A DNA stretch of 50,896 nucleotides from a virus (taxonomy: Duplodnaviria > Caudoviricetes), in IMG/VR virus record IMGVR_UViG_3300012665_000657, positions 1 through 50,896 of that record; one strand, 5' to 3'. This document shows positions 1 through 9,464 of the stretch, piece by piece. The notes beneath the pieces were generated by a model that saw nothing but the letters and a program-made list of their open reading frames with translations, made no database searches and was not told the DNA's origin. The translations under genes and the position numbers were made by a program. Position 1 is the first letter of the stretch; each line of letters begins with the position of its first letter.

Positions 1-263
1 CTTGCCCAAATAAGTGTTAGGCTTGTTGCTAGAGTAAAGAAATATAACCACCAAAGGCTAATGCCAAAGATTAAACCGGGGATAATAATAGTAGCCTTGG
101 CAAACCAAGAAAGAAATTCTACAGTATTGTAGTCAGTCCAATACTCTTTTTTAAACCACATGCTATAGCATTCTTTTATTTTATCAAATCCTATATGGCG
201 ATATACTGTACCGGATAGAACCAAGAATGCTAGACATGCTGATAATATTTGTACACTATTCAT
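1..263 (-). CDS. Membrane protein, partial (runs off window start)
   Basis: ATG at 263, open frame MNSVQILSACLAFLVLSG...IIIPGLIFGISLWWLYFFTLATSLTLIWA with hydrophobic segments. Confidence 0.75.
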   Translation of the reverse strand, partial: MNSVQILSACLAFLVLSGTVYRHIGFDKIKECYSMWFKKEYWTDYNTVEFLSWFAKATIIIPGLIFGISLWWLYFFTLATSLTLIWA

Positions 264-264
264 T

Positions 265-642
265 TTACATTTTCCTTTGATATCCTGCTAAGTTTAGCAT
301 AATCGAATATTGTTCGTATGCTTTTTTTACTGCTTCGTTAGTAAACCGATAGTGTGCCTCTTCACGTTCTTTGTCCATAAGCATTTCAAACATATCTCTA
401 TTATGGTCACTGTTTCTAAAATTCATAAAACGGTTTTCCATTTCTATCAGAGTGTTCAATCTACTTTCTGGAATTTCAACGGTGTAGAGCTTTTCGGTCT
501 GTAAATCCATGTGGTCTCGAATAACACTAGCATTTAAAGGTTCTGTGAAGAACTGCGGTCTTCGATATCTTGCAAACCGTTTCTGATCATTAACAATCTT
601 AACTTCGTAGTTCTCACAGAACTTTTTTAATTTTTCAGTCAC
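265..642 (-). CDS. Hypothetical phage protein
   Basis: 125 aa ORF coupled to neighbours; C-terminal NEAVKKAYEQY motif. Confidence 0.75.
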   Translation of the reverse strand: MTEKLKKFCENYEVKIVNDQKRFARYRRPQFFTEPLNASVIRDHMDLQTEKLYTVEIPESRLNTLIEMENRFMNFRNSDHNRDMFEMLMDKEREEAHYRFTNEAVKKAYEQYSIMLNLAGYQRKM

Positions 643-1337
643 TTACGATCGCCAAATAACTGTAACAAGTTTAGGAACAAGTTGATAAAGTCCATGTACA
701 GCGTCAATGCACCTGTTACTTCCACAGCCGGACTAGTGTCAACACTAACTGCTTCACGAATCTGCTGTGTGTCATAAGCTGTTAATCCCAAAAAGATAAT
801 AATTGCCAACGCACTAATAACCATCTGCATCACAGTTGACCCAATAAAGATATTAACAATACTGGCAATAACAATAGCAATTAGTCCTACAAACATAAAC
901 TTGCCAAGACTATCTAGACTACGTTTAGTAAAGTAGCCATATCCGCTCATTACTGCAAACAGAATTGCTGCACCCATAAATGCCGATACGATACTGCCCA
1001 TAGTGAACACAGCAAAGATTGTAGCAAAGCTCAATCCCATCAATGCCGCAAAACCATGTAAGCATAACTGTGCTACACTTTTACTAGGATTGTTACCCAG
1101 TACATAACTGATACCAAAAATAGCCGCAAGTGGCGCAAAGATTACAATCCACTTTAGTACCCCTGTAAAAAAGAATTGTAGTAACTCCGGGCTAGTACCA
1201 ACAAAGTAACTGACCAGCATTGATACAATAACTGCTAGACTCATGTGTCCATAGACACGTCCCATTGCTGAATTAATTTCGCTAGCACTACGAAAAGAAA
1301 TAGTGCCATCACCACCTGTATAATTTACACCAAACAT
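639..1337 (-). CDS. Bax inhibitor-1/YccA family membrane protein
   Basis: About 7 TM helices; GLTAYDTQ and ALTLYMDFINLFLNLLQLFG signatures; AAGGAG RBS. Confidence 0.9.
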   Translation of the reverse strand: MFGVNYTGGDGTISFRSASEINSAMGRVYGHMSLAVIVSMLVSYFVGTSPELLQFFFTGVLKWIVIFAPLAAIFGISYVLGNNPSKSVAQLCLHGFAALMGLSFATIFAVFTMGSIVSAFMGAAILFAVMSGYGYFTKRSLDSLGKFMFVGLIAIVIASIVNIFIGSTVMQMVISALAIIIFLGLTAYDTQQIREAVSVDTSPAVEVTGALTLYMDFINLFLNLLQLFGDRK

Positions 1338-1348
1338 ATCATTCTCCT

Positions 1349-2017
1349 TTAAATATTAGTTAAATTTTCTGCCATCGGAAAGATAGCAGCAATTGCTTTT
1401 GCGCAAGCAATAGCAACAATCTGATGTTCAAGTTGAGTTCCGTTGGCGCTACGTAATTCAATAAAGTGAATCCAACTACGTAGTGTGCCGTTCATATATA
1501 AGCGACTTACTGTATTGCCTTCTGGCAAAATAGCACGAGCTTGTTCTTTAGCAATCCCGTTGTCAATTGCCCATCTATAATTTTCTTTTACAAGGTCAAT
1601 AACGGCCTGCTGTCTACGATCCCATTCTTTTGAAAGTTCAGTATCGTCTGTGGCTATACTGTTTTGTCTGTTTTTGGTATCTTGTAACCGTGCTTCTCTA
1701 AGTACGAATGACAAGTCTTGAGTAGGGTCAGCATATCGTTGGCTGAACTCTTGGAAGCTGAAACTTCTGTGTCTAAGGATCTGTCGGGCAATATCTCTTG
1801 TAGTTTCGATTTCAACACAAGCGGAGACCATTTCAAGTGGGCTCCAGTGGGCGTGTTTAACGAGATATCGAATGAGTTTCTCGGATGTTTCGTTATTAAA
1901 TTGATTAGAGGGATTGGACACACGGGCGCAATACGCAATGAGTTCCTGCGCATCTGTAAGGCCCAAATTTCTAAATTTTTCTGTGGGCTGACTATAGGAT
2001 AAAAGTTCAACATTCAT
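1349..2017 (-). CDS. thyX: FAD-dependent thymidylate synthase
   Basis: RHRSFSFQEFSQRY motif, HWSPLE, EQARAILP; start taken at MNVELL. Confidence 0.95.
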   Translation of the reverse strand: MNVELLSYSQPTEKFRNLGLTDAQELIAYCARVSNPSNQFNNETSEKLIRYLVKHAHWSPLEMVSACVEIETTRDIARQILRHRSFSFQEFSQRYADPTQDLSFVLREARLQDTKNRQNSIATDDTELSKEWDRRQQAVIDLVKENYRWAIDNGIAKEQARAILPEGNTVSRLYMNGTLRSWIHFIELRSANGTQLEHQIVAIACAKAIAAIFPMAENLTNI

Positions 2018-2021
2018 ATAT

Positions 2022-2591
2022 TTACTTTCTAAAAAAGAGTTTTGTTGCAATAGTATACCTAGGATATGTTGCAACTCTAGATGGTGCTATTGCAGAATGG
2101 GGTATTCGAGAGTCAAAAAATATCACTCTCCCGGGTTTGACGGTAACTCCAGATTCTATTTCTGTGCCGTCATCGTCGTAAAATAATGTTTCACCGTGCC
2201 ATGCTGGATCCCATGAATGATTAGCATATTGCAAAATAGTGTAATGATGTTCGTCTGTACTTGCCGAGTCTGTATGTACTTTGTCAACAGTTTCTAACGT
2301 AGCAAAATTAACATGCATTCGTTTAATTTCAAATGGAGAATGTTTTAGTTCGTCGATATTTTTTCTATATTGAGTAAGCAATAGTGAACAAAAACGATCG
2401 TGTTGGTCAAGTTCATAACTCCATTTTAAATCTGTAGGTATATCTTCACCATGGGCTACATCAATGTTATTTCTACGATAGTCGCCTTCAATGGCCAAGG
2501 TATGAACATCTTGACGTTGTTGTACTGTAAACATACCATCATATATGATAAGTTTTTTATCATTAATTTTAATTAGTTTTTTTGAAATCAT
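2022..2591 (-). CDS. 2OG-Fe(II) oxygenase (prolyl-hydroxylase-like)
   Basis: HTD...GETLF...KPGRVIFFD..IPH...R facial-triad pattern. Confidence 0.85.
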   Translation of the reverse strand: MISKKLIKINDKKLIIYDGMFTVQQRQDVHTLAIEGDYRRNNIDVAHGEDIPTDLKWSYELDQHDRFCSLLLTQYRKNIDELKHSPFEIKRMHVNFATLETVDKVHTDSASTDEHHYTILQYANHSWDPAWHGETLFYDDDGTEIESGVTVKPGRVIFFDSRIPHSAIAPSRVATYPRYTIATKLFFRK

Positions 2592-3148
2592 AGATCTCTC
2601 CTATCTATCCTAATGTCAAAATTAACAGCACATCTAGGCCCAGTAGTAGGAATACCGCCACCGTGTTCTATTCTGCCATCAAAAATAATTAATCTTCCTC
2701 TTTTTGGCGAAACACGTTTTACAATCTCGCCGTTATGAAAAAATACAGTATCTCCGTCGCTGTCGTTCACATAATACAATACTACATAGTGATCAAATGG
2801 TAAATCAGTATGCGGAGCATAATGTTTTAGATTTGTATTGTACGGTACTAATACAAATATCCTTGCCAATATAATATCTTTTAGTGTACTATTAATTTCA
2901 GCACAGGCTATTTGCGGTATTAGCCCAAAGTTATCCATATGTGTGCTTAATGCTGTACTTGACTTTAAAACATGCACAAACGACAATGGCAGTTTGCCAT
3001 TTTCTTCGCCTGTACTTTCGTATCGACATTTTAAATCAACAATAGCATGCATTGATTTTTCTTGATCCGTTCCGCGTCCCATGACTGCTAGCTCGTAGTA
3101 GTCAACGAGATGCGGAGGGATTATATCATCAAATACTTCGATAAACAT
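2588..3148 (-). CDS. 2OG-Fe(II) oxygenase
   Basis: PHTD...YYVNDSDGDTVFF...PKRGRLIIFDG..EH...R. Confidence 0.85.
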   Translation of the reverse strand: MFIEVFDDIIPPHLVDYYELAVMGRGTDQEKSMHAIVDLKCRYESTGEENGKLPLSFVHVLKSSTALSTHMDNFGLIPQIACAEINSTLKDIILARIFVLVPYNTNLKHYAPHTDLPFDHYVVLYYVNDSDGDTVFFHNGEIVKRVSPKRGRLIIFDGRIEHGGGIPTTGPRCAVNFDIRIDRRDL

Positions 3149-3753
3149 TATTGTTTCGGTTCTTCAATAGGCTCATCAAAGCATAAACTTTCCATAGTCT
3201 TGTAATGTTCGTAGGCTTTTTTAAGTGCTTCAAACTTTTCAAGTTTCTTTGGATCGGGTACTAGAATAGCAAGGCGCTGTTCCATTTTCTTCATAAACTC
3301 TTTTAGGCTCTGACCATCAATTTTAAGATCAGTGCCAGCTGCCATCTCAATACCATTGGTATTGATTTGAACAGTACTTGGGCTATTAGAAAAACTATAA
3401 CTGTTTCCAGCGCCACTAATAGTATAATTAGTACCGGTATTCCAATTTACTGAATTGTTAGCAGACAGCGATCCGATTTGGCTTGTAGTTAAGGCACCAA
3501 TTTGAGCGGTAGTAACCCCACTAACTGTTGTACCCTGACCGCCATATCCATAGTAGCCAGAACTAGTTGGTAACGTGATAGTACTGATACCACTTAGATC
3601 AATGCTATCTATAGGACTGGAGATAGTAATAGTATCGTTGCCTGCATAATAGCTTGAAGACAGATCCGGATCAACACTAGCACTTCCGAGATCTATAACA
3701 AACTCATCCTCGGAAAGAGGGCCAAGCTCATCAAGTTGATCACGGATTGACAT
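3148..3753 (-). CDS. Hypothetical protein with Ser/Thr/Gly-rich low-complexity middle
   Basis: Start reassigned to MSIRDQ (ATG 3753, next to upstream stop); ends EALKKAYEHYK. Confidence 0.7.
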   Translation of the reverse strand: MSIRDQLDELGPLSEDEFVIDLGSASVDPDLSSSYYAGNDTITISSPIDSIDLSGISTITLPTSSGYYGYGGQGTTVSGVTTAQIGALTTSQIGSLSANNSVNWNTGTNYTISGAGNSYSFSNSPSTVQINTNGIEMAAGTDLKIDGQSLKEFMKKMEQRLAILVPDPKKLEKFEALKKAYEHYKTMESLCFDEPIEEPKQ

Positions 3754-3754
3754 A

Positions 3755-3946
3755 TTAGGCCTTAGCTTCTTTACGAGCGTTCTTTTCTGCTGTAATTTCA
3801 TTACGTCGAGCTTTAACGCCTTTAGCAACATCTTGCAGCGCCTTACGAGCACGAGTACCAGCTGCACCATTGCCTGCTGTGAATTTTGCGTCTTCAGCTA
3901 AGAATGCTTCGAAGTCTGTTTTTAATTGTTCTACGGTATTTGACAT
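3755..3946 (-). CDS. Histone H1-like (Hc1-type) small DNA-binding protein
   Basis: 63 aa, KFTAGNGAAGTRARKAL...ARR motif; AAGGA RBS; TAAGTA at 3973-3978. Confidence 0.75.
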   Translation of the reverse strand: MSNTVEQLKTDFEAFLAEDAKFTAGNGAAGTRARKALQDVAKGVKARRNEITAEKNARKEAKA

Positions 3947-3989
3947 TTTTGTTTCCTTGATAAAAGTTAAAATACTTATTCTTATTACA

Positions 3990-4102
3990 TGGTGTGGCTG
4001 GTAGGTTTCGAACCTACAAAGGCTGCGAACTACGTTCATCGCCCCATCCCCATTCTATACTATGAGTATAGCGGGAGGTCTGCCTATTCCACTCACAGCC
4101 AC
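3990..4102 (-). ncRNA. Oversized tRNA-like RNA (113 nt), CAU loop, extended anticodon and variable arms
   Basis: Acceptor GTGGCTG/CAGCCAC-A-CCA; T-arm GTAGG-TTCGAAA-CCTAC; D-loop GGAATAGGCAGAC; CTATA-CTCATAG-TATAG. Confidence 0.75.
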
Positions 4103-4108
4103 AACTAT

Positions 4109-4137
4109 ATTATATAACCTTAAATGCACTAATGCAA
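4109..4137 (-). promoter_or_regulatory. Sigma70-type promoter for the tRNA-like RNA
   Basis: TTGCAT-17 nt-TATAAT; predicted +1 near 4102. Confidence 0.7.
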
Positions 4138-4149
4138 GATCTTCTTGAG

Positions 4150-4155
4150 TAAATA
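4150..4155 (+). promoter_or_regulatory. T4-like late promoter core
   Basis: TAAATA 10 nt before ATG 4166; same core heads other blocks. Confidence 0.5.
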
Positions 4156-4165
4156 ACTTCATATT

Positions 4166-5143
4166 ATGCACGAAGACTTTCAAAAGATACCATTCCAGAA
4201 TATTGTTCGTTTTGGACAACGAACAATGTTGAGTCGGCCTTTGTTTTCCACAAGTTGGATATTAGGCCGGTTCTGCAATTATTCCTGTTCATACTGTTGG
4301 CCATATGCACGTAGTGACAAATTGGATCATCAATCATTAGATGTGTACAAGCATACAGTAGATCAAATTAAAAGTCAAGCCCGAGCAAATGGATTTAATC
4401 AATTCCATTGGAGCTTCAGCGGCGGCGAACCCACTACTTATAAACAGTTGCCTGACTTAGTAAAACATTTAGACGAACTAGAAAGTAGCTACCAAAGCAT
4501 CCATATGACTACTAACCTAAGTCCGGGGAGTAAGTGGTGGAACACTTGGTGCCGTAATACTGAGATGCTACAACGTCGTAGCATTACAGCTAGTTTTCAC
4601 GATGAGTTTGCCAAGGAGCAAGAATTTGGCGACAAGTGTTTACAGTTAATGTACGAACTTGTTCATGTTACAGTTAATCAAGTAATGGTTCCAGAAAAGT
4701 TCTATGATTTGTACGATCGAATGGAAAGACTACACAAGCGTGGTATTAATGTAACACTTAAACCCATGAGCGATCCAACAGCTAGTGGAATTGTCGAGGG
4801 GTATACTGAAGATATGATACACAAGATGCAAACAGGATTTCCTCAACGTGCCTTTGGCGAAGAGGTTTATCAAATTGCTCTATATGATTCGGCTAATAAA
4901 GAATACCTATTTGACCAAGCAGAGCGATTTAATGCGTTTGGATTTAATAAATTTAAAGACTGGACTTGCAATTCTGGATATCAAAGTGTTATAATAAGAG
5001 GTAACGAAGTGAAACGCAGTTACAGTTGTCACGACCAGCCGTTAGGAACATTGGACCATTTTGATTTATTTAAGGAACCCCAACGCTGTATTACACCTAG
5101 TTGTGTTAGTAGTGCAGACAGCAAAATACCTAAATGCAAATAA
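4166..5143 (+). CDS. Radical SAM protein with C-terminal twitch-like Cys
   Basis: CNYSCSYC, SGGEP, C-terminal CNSG...C...CITPSC. Confidence 0.9.
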   Translation: MHEDFQKIPFQNIVRFGQRTMLSRPLFSTSWILGRFCNYSCSYCWPYARSDKLDHQSLDVYKHTVDQIKSQARANGFNQFHWSFSGGEPTTYKQLPDLVKHLDELESSYQSIHMTTNLSPGSKWWNTWCRNTEMLQRRSITASFHDEFAKEQEFGDKCLQLMYELVHVTVNQVMVPEKFYDLYDRMERLHKRGINVTLKPMSDPTASGIVEGYTEDMIHKMQTGFPQRAFGEEVYQIALYDSANKEYLFDQAERFNAFGFNKFKDWTCNSGYQSVIIRGNEVKRSYSCHDQPLGTLDHFDLFKEPQRCITPSCVSSADSKIPKCK

Positions 5144-5724
5144 ACACTGAACATTTACATCATTGGATGCAGGCTATCCGACAAAGTCCAGATCCTATGC
5201 GGACTATGGATGCTTTTTGGTCTGGACAACTTAAAAGCAAAGAATGGCTGATTACTAACTTACGTAAACACGTGAAGAAATTTGTTAGTATCGATATTCA
5301 CGGCGGCTGGGTAGGAGTATTAGCTAGTATGTTGTTCCAGAGTGATGTACCAGTTCTTAATATTCGTAGTGTTGATATTGATCCTACGTGCGAACCTATT
5401 GCTATCAATATGAATAAGATTGAAGAGATGATTGGTAAGTTCCGTGCTGTTACTGCAGATATGTGCGAACTTCGTAGTGATGCTGATGTTATCATTAACA
5501 CTAGTTGTGAACACATAACGCAAGACCAATACGACTTATGGTTAAGTGGAATGCCTGCTAATAGTTTATTAGTGTTACAAAGTAATAATTATGATATACC
5601 CGAGCACGTTCGCACTGCGGCCTCGTTAGAAGAATTTAAAACTCAATGCGGTATCAATGTTATATGGGCTGGAGAGTTAGAACTTCCGCTGTATACTAGA
5701 TGGATGATTATTGGTAATCAATAA
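5134..5724 (+). CDS. Class I SAM-dependent methyltransferase-like protein
   Basis: DIHGGWVG motif I, SVDID, ADM, INTSCEH. Confidence 0.7.
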   Translation: MQINTEHLHHWMQAIRQSPDPMRTMDAFWSGQLKSKEWLITNLRKHVKKFVSIDIHGGWVGVLASMLFQSDVPVLNIRSVDIDPTCEPIAINMNKIEEMIGKFRAVTADMCELRSDADVIINTSCEHITQDQYDLWLSGMPANSLLVLQSNNYDIPEHVRTAASLEEFKTQCGINVIWAGELELPLYTRWMIIGNQ

Positions 5725-6806
5725 TGTTTAAATTTAATCACTTAAAATCTATACATATAGAGCTAACTAGTAATTGTCAAGCACGGTGCCCAATGTGTGC
5801 TAGAAACAATCACGGCGGACTTCCTAATCCATTATTAAAAATACAACAATGGTCTATGGAAGATTTTAAGTCTATCATCACGCAAGAAATACTAGATACT
5901 ATTGATAAGATTTACTTCTGCGGTAACTTTGGCGATCCTATGTTGCACGACAATTTAATAGAGATATGTCAACACATCAAAGACAACAAGCCGTCATTGA
6001 CTGTAAGTGTACATACCAACGGCGGTGCAAGAAAACCTGAGTGGTGGCAATCATTAGCAAAAGCATTGCCTAAAAATCATTGTGTGCATTTTGCACTAGA
6101 CGGACTTGAAGACACACATCATTTGTATCGTATAGGAACCAAATACGAAACAGTTATTAAAAATGCATCGGCATTTATTGCAGCAGGCGGCAGAGCAGAA
6201 TGGACATTTATTAAATTTAAACATAATGAACACCAAGCAGAAGAATGCCGTCAACGTGCTACTGAGCTAGGATTTGAAAAGTTTGTGCTAAAAAATAGTT
6301 CTAGATTTTTAGTAGAGCCCAAGTACGATGTATTGGATACTCAGGGAAAGTTAACTCACTTGCTCGAACCGCCTAGCGAAACAACTGTAAAATTTCTTCC
6401 AAAAGAAGTTATCAATTCATATAAGGCTGTAGTTGCAGAAGCAGAAATTTCTTGCTTTGTTCAAGAAATAAAAGAAATTTATATTGACGCTTATAAAACT
6501 GTGATGCCCTGTTGCTGGATAAGCTCTATTCCTTATACGCATTATGATCCTAACCATATCAACAGCGATGTTAGCGGAGCAATTAAATCACAATACGATA
6601 AACTTATTAGTGACTTTGGCGGTGCTGATAAATTAGATGCTTCTAAAGGAATCAAGAATATTATTGATTCAGATGAATGGCAATCAATGTGGGATAAAAA
6701 ATGGAACGACGAGAAATTAATTACCTGTGCAAGGGTGTGTGGAAAATTTAAATCTATTGAGATTTCTCAACCCAATGATCAATTTATAGATACTTCGATC
6801 CTCTGA
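5724..6806 (+). CDS. Radical SAM protein (SPASM/twitch)
   Basis: CQARCPMC, CGNFGDP, TNGG, C-terminal C...PCC...CARVC. Confidence 0.9.
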   Translation: MFKFNHLKSIHIELTSNCQARCPMCARNNHGGLPNPLLKIQQWSMEDFKSIITQEILDTIDKIYFCGNFGDPMLHDNLIEICQHIKDNKPSLTVSVHTNGGARKPEWWQSLAKALPKNHCVHFALDGLEDTHHLYRIGTKYETVIKNASAFIAAGGRAEWTFIKFKHNEHQAEECRQRATELGFEKFVLKNSSRFLVEPKYDVLDTQGKLTHLLEPPSETTVKFLPKEVINSYKAVVAEAEISCFVQEIKEIYIDAYKTVMPCCWISSIPYTHYDPNHINSDVSGAIKSQYDKLISDFGGADKLDASKGIKNIIDSDEWQSMWDKKWNDEKLITCARVCGKFKSIEISQPNDQFIDTSIL

Positions 6807-7719
6807 TATCTGTTCCGCACGTACATTCTAACAAGGTACATTTTACAGGAACGTTCAGTTCGTTAGGATCAATGTCTAAGTAATGATCAAACCGTTTTAT
6901 TCCACAGTTGGCCCATATTGCTGAGCCATCGTCAAAAATACAAATAGACTCACGCCCAACACTACATTGCCAGCCAAAAAAACTATTTTGCTTCTTTCTT
7001 ATTAATTCAAATGCATCTAGTTCTTTTAAACTAAGGTCTTCGTATGTACCGGTCGAACTTGTGTCATCTAGCCACATATGCGTTTTTCTTAATTCTGCTT
7101 CTCGTTCGGCAGTAAACAACCATTTAGATTCTGATGTTGATAAAAATGTTAGTTGTTCGTCTGTATATTGAGCTTCGAATTTTGCACCTGCCCAATTGTC
7201 CATAACTCTAATAGGAGTTACTTTCAAGTCCTTCATTTGTTTTAATTGATCAAGCCAGTCGATGGCAACATCCCAATAGTCGGGATCCATCATTACATAT
7301 ACTACTAAAAAAGAATGTTGTGATAATAATTTTAATTTTTTTAAATCTAAAGTATGCTGACTAGGATGCAGGGTGATGCACCAATTATCAACTAAGTGTT
7401 TTACACTATCGTAGAATCGGTAAGTACGGACACTATTGCTATCAACAGATACATTAAAATTTACATCTCTAGCAATCTGTATAACATCTTTAAATTGCGG
7501 ATGTGTTGTACACTCTCCTCCGGTGATTTGTATTGCACCGTCCCTATCTTTAAATTTTAATAAAAATGTTTTTAATTCATCAAGATTTAAATTGCGGTGC
7601 TGACCGGCGTTCAGGGTGTCTGGACAATATCTACAGGAATACGTACAGCTTCTAGTCATAATAAAGTTAATGCGTAACGCATTAGAATTCTTTATTTGTA
7701 TCTTAATCAGTTTTGGCAT
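6784..7719 (-). CDS. Radical SAM protein (twitch)
   Basis: CTYSCRYC, TGGE, C-terminal CSVG...C...CTLLECTC. Confidence 0.9.
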   Translation of the reverse strand: MPKLIKIQIKNSNALRINFIMTRSCTYSCRYCPDTLNAGQHRNLNLDELKTFLLKFKDRDGAIQITGGECTTHPQFKDVIQIARDVNFNVSVDSNSVRTYRFYDSVKHLVDNWCITLHPSQHTLDLKKLKLLSQHSFLVVYVMMDPDYWDVAIDWLDQLKQMKDLKVTPIRVMDNWAGAKFEAQYTDEQLTFLSTSESKWLFTAEREAELRKTHMWLDDTSSTGTYEDLSLKELDAFELIRKKQNSFFGWQCSVGRESICIFDDGSAIWANCGIKRFDHYLDIDPNELNVPVKCTLLECTCGTDIRGSKYL

Positions 7720-8758
7720 TTAATAATCCTTCTATTAAACTGCTTGAATTGTTACACTTACCGCAGATAGCCGAACATATTGCATTTCGTCCTTGATTCA
7801 TTGTTAGATTCCAAGATGCTTTTATTCTATTAAATGTAGGAGATTTTATAATATCCTCAATGGTATTTTTATATAAACTGATCTCATCTTTATCTAATTG
7901 ATCTTTAGCGTCCTTTACCCACGTATATTCAGCAGGCAACAAATTATCGTCTACTAATAGTATACTTGCAGTATGGCAACAAGGAAATACTAATCCGTCC
8001 GCACTAATATACACATTACTTTGTTCTATCGCTTGACAATTTATTTTAACAGAATTTAAATATTTTTCAGTTTGGGGCATTTGAGAAAAATTTAACGGAG
8101 TCCCTTGATGGATGAATCGAGGGTCAGTAGCCATTTCAACTTGATTTATCTCATGTTGTGGTTGTCCTAATAATGTTCTGTGGGATATTTTTATTTTAAA
8201 ATTCTTAAAACCCAATTGCTTAGACAGTGCTTCTGCTTCTTCTACTTGATGTTGGTTATGTTTAAATGGTATAAACTGCCAAGTACTAACAGAGCCCGAA
8301 CGAATAAATTCTTTAATGTTACAAATAGCTTGTTCCCACTTTACATCTACTCTATAAATGTGGTTTGTATCTTCTAATCCGTCTAAGGCAAAAATAACAT
8401 TTCCGTTCTGTCCTATTATTTTTCCTAGCTCGTACCACCAACTAGGTTTTTGTACGCTTCCATTAGTATATACTTCTACAAAGATTTTAGGATTGTGACT
8501 TCTAAACCATTTGATAATGTCCAGTAGATGTTTGTTCATTGCAGGCTCTCCGATATTTCCGCTGAATGATACCATATCTGCATGTGTAACTACATCCTTA
8601 GAAAAATAAATTTCAAAGAAATCTTTTGACAAATTTACTTGTTTGAAAAAACTATAATCCCCTCCACGACTTTCTCGCATACAATGAGGGCACTTTGCAT
8701 TACAATAAGATGTGGGTTCTACATCTATTACTTTTATTTTGTTTTTATAAAAATTCAT
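7703..8758 (-). CDS. Radical SAM protein (SPASM/twitch), paralogue of 5724-6806
   Basis: CNAKCPHC, SGNIGEP, FALDGLEDT, PCC...CSAIC. Confidence 0.9.
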   Translation of the reverse strand: MNFYKNKIKVIDVEPTSYCNAKCPHCMRESRGGDYSFFKQVNLSKDFFEIYFSKDVVTHADMVSFSGNIGEPAMNKHLLDIIKWFRSHNPKIFVEVYTNGSVQKPSWWYELGKIIGQNGNVIFALDGLEDTNHIYRVDVKWEQAICNIKEFIRSGSVSTWQFIPFKHNQHQVEEAEALSKQLGFKNFKIKISHRTLLGQPQHEINQVEMATDPRFIHQGTPLNFSQMPQTEKYLNSVKINCQAIEQSNVYISADGLVFPCCHTASILLVDDNLLPAEYTWVKDAKDQLDKDEISLYKNTIEDIIKSPTFNRIKASWNLTMNQGRNAICSAICGKCNNSSSLIEGLLNAKTD

Positions 8759-9423
8759 TGCGGTGTTAACGAAACGTTAAATCCTTTATCTTCTAATTCT
8801 TTAATATAAGGTGCTAGTACTGTTGTATCGCAATTTATAAGAACTTCTCGCTCGCTCACTTTTTCAAATCCAGTTATTATTTTATTCTTAATTGCACGAT
8901 TAAAAAACGACATAAGGGTTATATATATTTCTTGTTTCCAATCATAGTCGCCGCCTTCTACTTTTAATAAGTATCCGGGCAATATAAATTTTGGTAATGC
9001 TATACGAACATTAAGATGTATTCTAGGCCTTGCTCCAAAGTTCCCCGCAATATGCGTTTTACTAGTATCCATTAACCAAAGTTCACCGTCGGCTGGCATA
9101 TGATACATTTTCTCAGAATCAAAATCTATTAAGAATGAATGTTTATTTGTAGTAATGGCAAGATGTATTCTATCATCGGGATCTGAGTGTGCTGTATAAC
9201 TTTCGCCGCAGTCTAACTTTAGTAATCGTGCTTCTCCGGGATTGTCCAACAGTTCCAACACATTTCCTAATGGAGTTCCGATAAATTCTGCTTTAGTCTT
9301 GTACGGGCCATTAAGTATATTCCCATCGGTGTGATTTATAGCTAAACTTTTGTCGAAGTCTAACGCATTAACTTGCCTCACAACTGGATCAATATCTATT
9401 TTTATGCCCATCTTTTCTATCAT
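8755..9423 (-). CDS. Asp/Asn beta-hydroxylase-like 2OG-Fe(II) oxygenase with C-terminal extension
   Basis: ARLLKL..GESYTAHSD..RIH...THIAGNFG..PRIHL. Confidence 0.7.
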   Translation of the reverse strand: MIEKMGIKIDIDPVVRQVNALDFDKSLAINHTDGNILNGPYKTKAEFIGTPLGNVLELLDNPGEARLLKLDCGESYTAHSDPDDRIHLAITTNKHSFLIDFDSEKMYHMPADGELWLMDTSKTHIAGNFGARPRIHLNVRIALPKFILPGYLLKVEGGDYDWKQEIYITLMSFFNRAIKNKIITGFEKVSEREVLINCDTTVLAPYIKELEDKGFNVSLTPQ

Positions 9424-9428
9424 AAATA

Positions 9429-9459
9429 TATTTATCGCTATTAACTGCGCACATAAATA
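9429..9459. promoter_or_regulatory. Divergent late promoter cores
   Basis: TAAATA on minus strand (9429-9434) and plus strand (9454-9459), each 5 nt from a start codon. Confidence 0.6.
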
Positions 9460-9464
9460 TTCCT

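Noticed and set aside
3148-3753. Ser/Thr/Gly-rich protein as a RiPP precursor
   Set aside because: No leader/core organisation or repeated cores; nothing beyond composition supports it.
3148-4039. Track starts at 3870 and 4039 (also 2074, 10934, 16889, 19368, 32340, 41308)
   Set aside because: They overlap neighbouring genes, RNAs or promoter cores; downstream starts with an RBS or stop-start coupling fit better.
4166-5143. Viperin-like call for the SGGEP radical SAM
   Set aside because: GGEP is generic; the C-terminal Cys pattern fits twitch-type proteins, and viperin-specific residues could not be verified.
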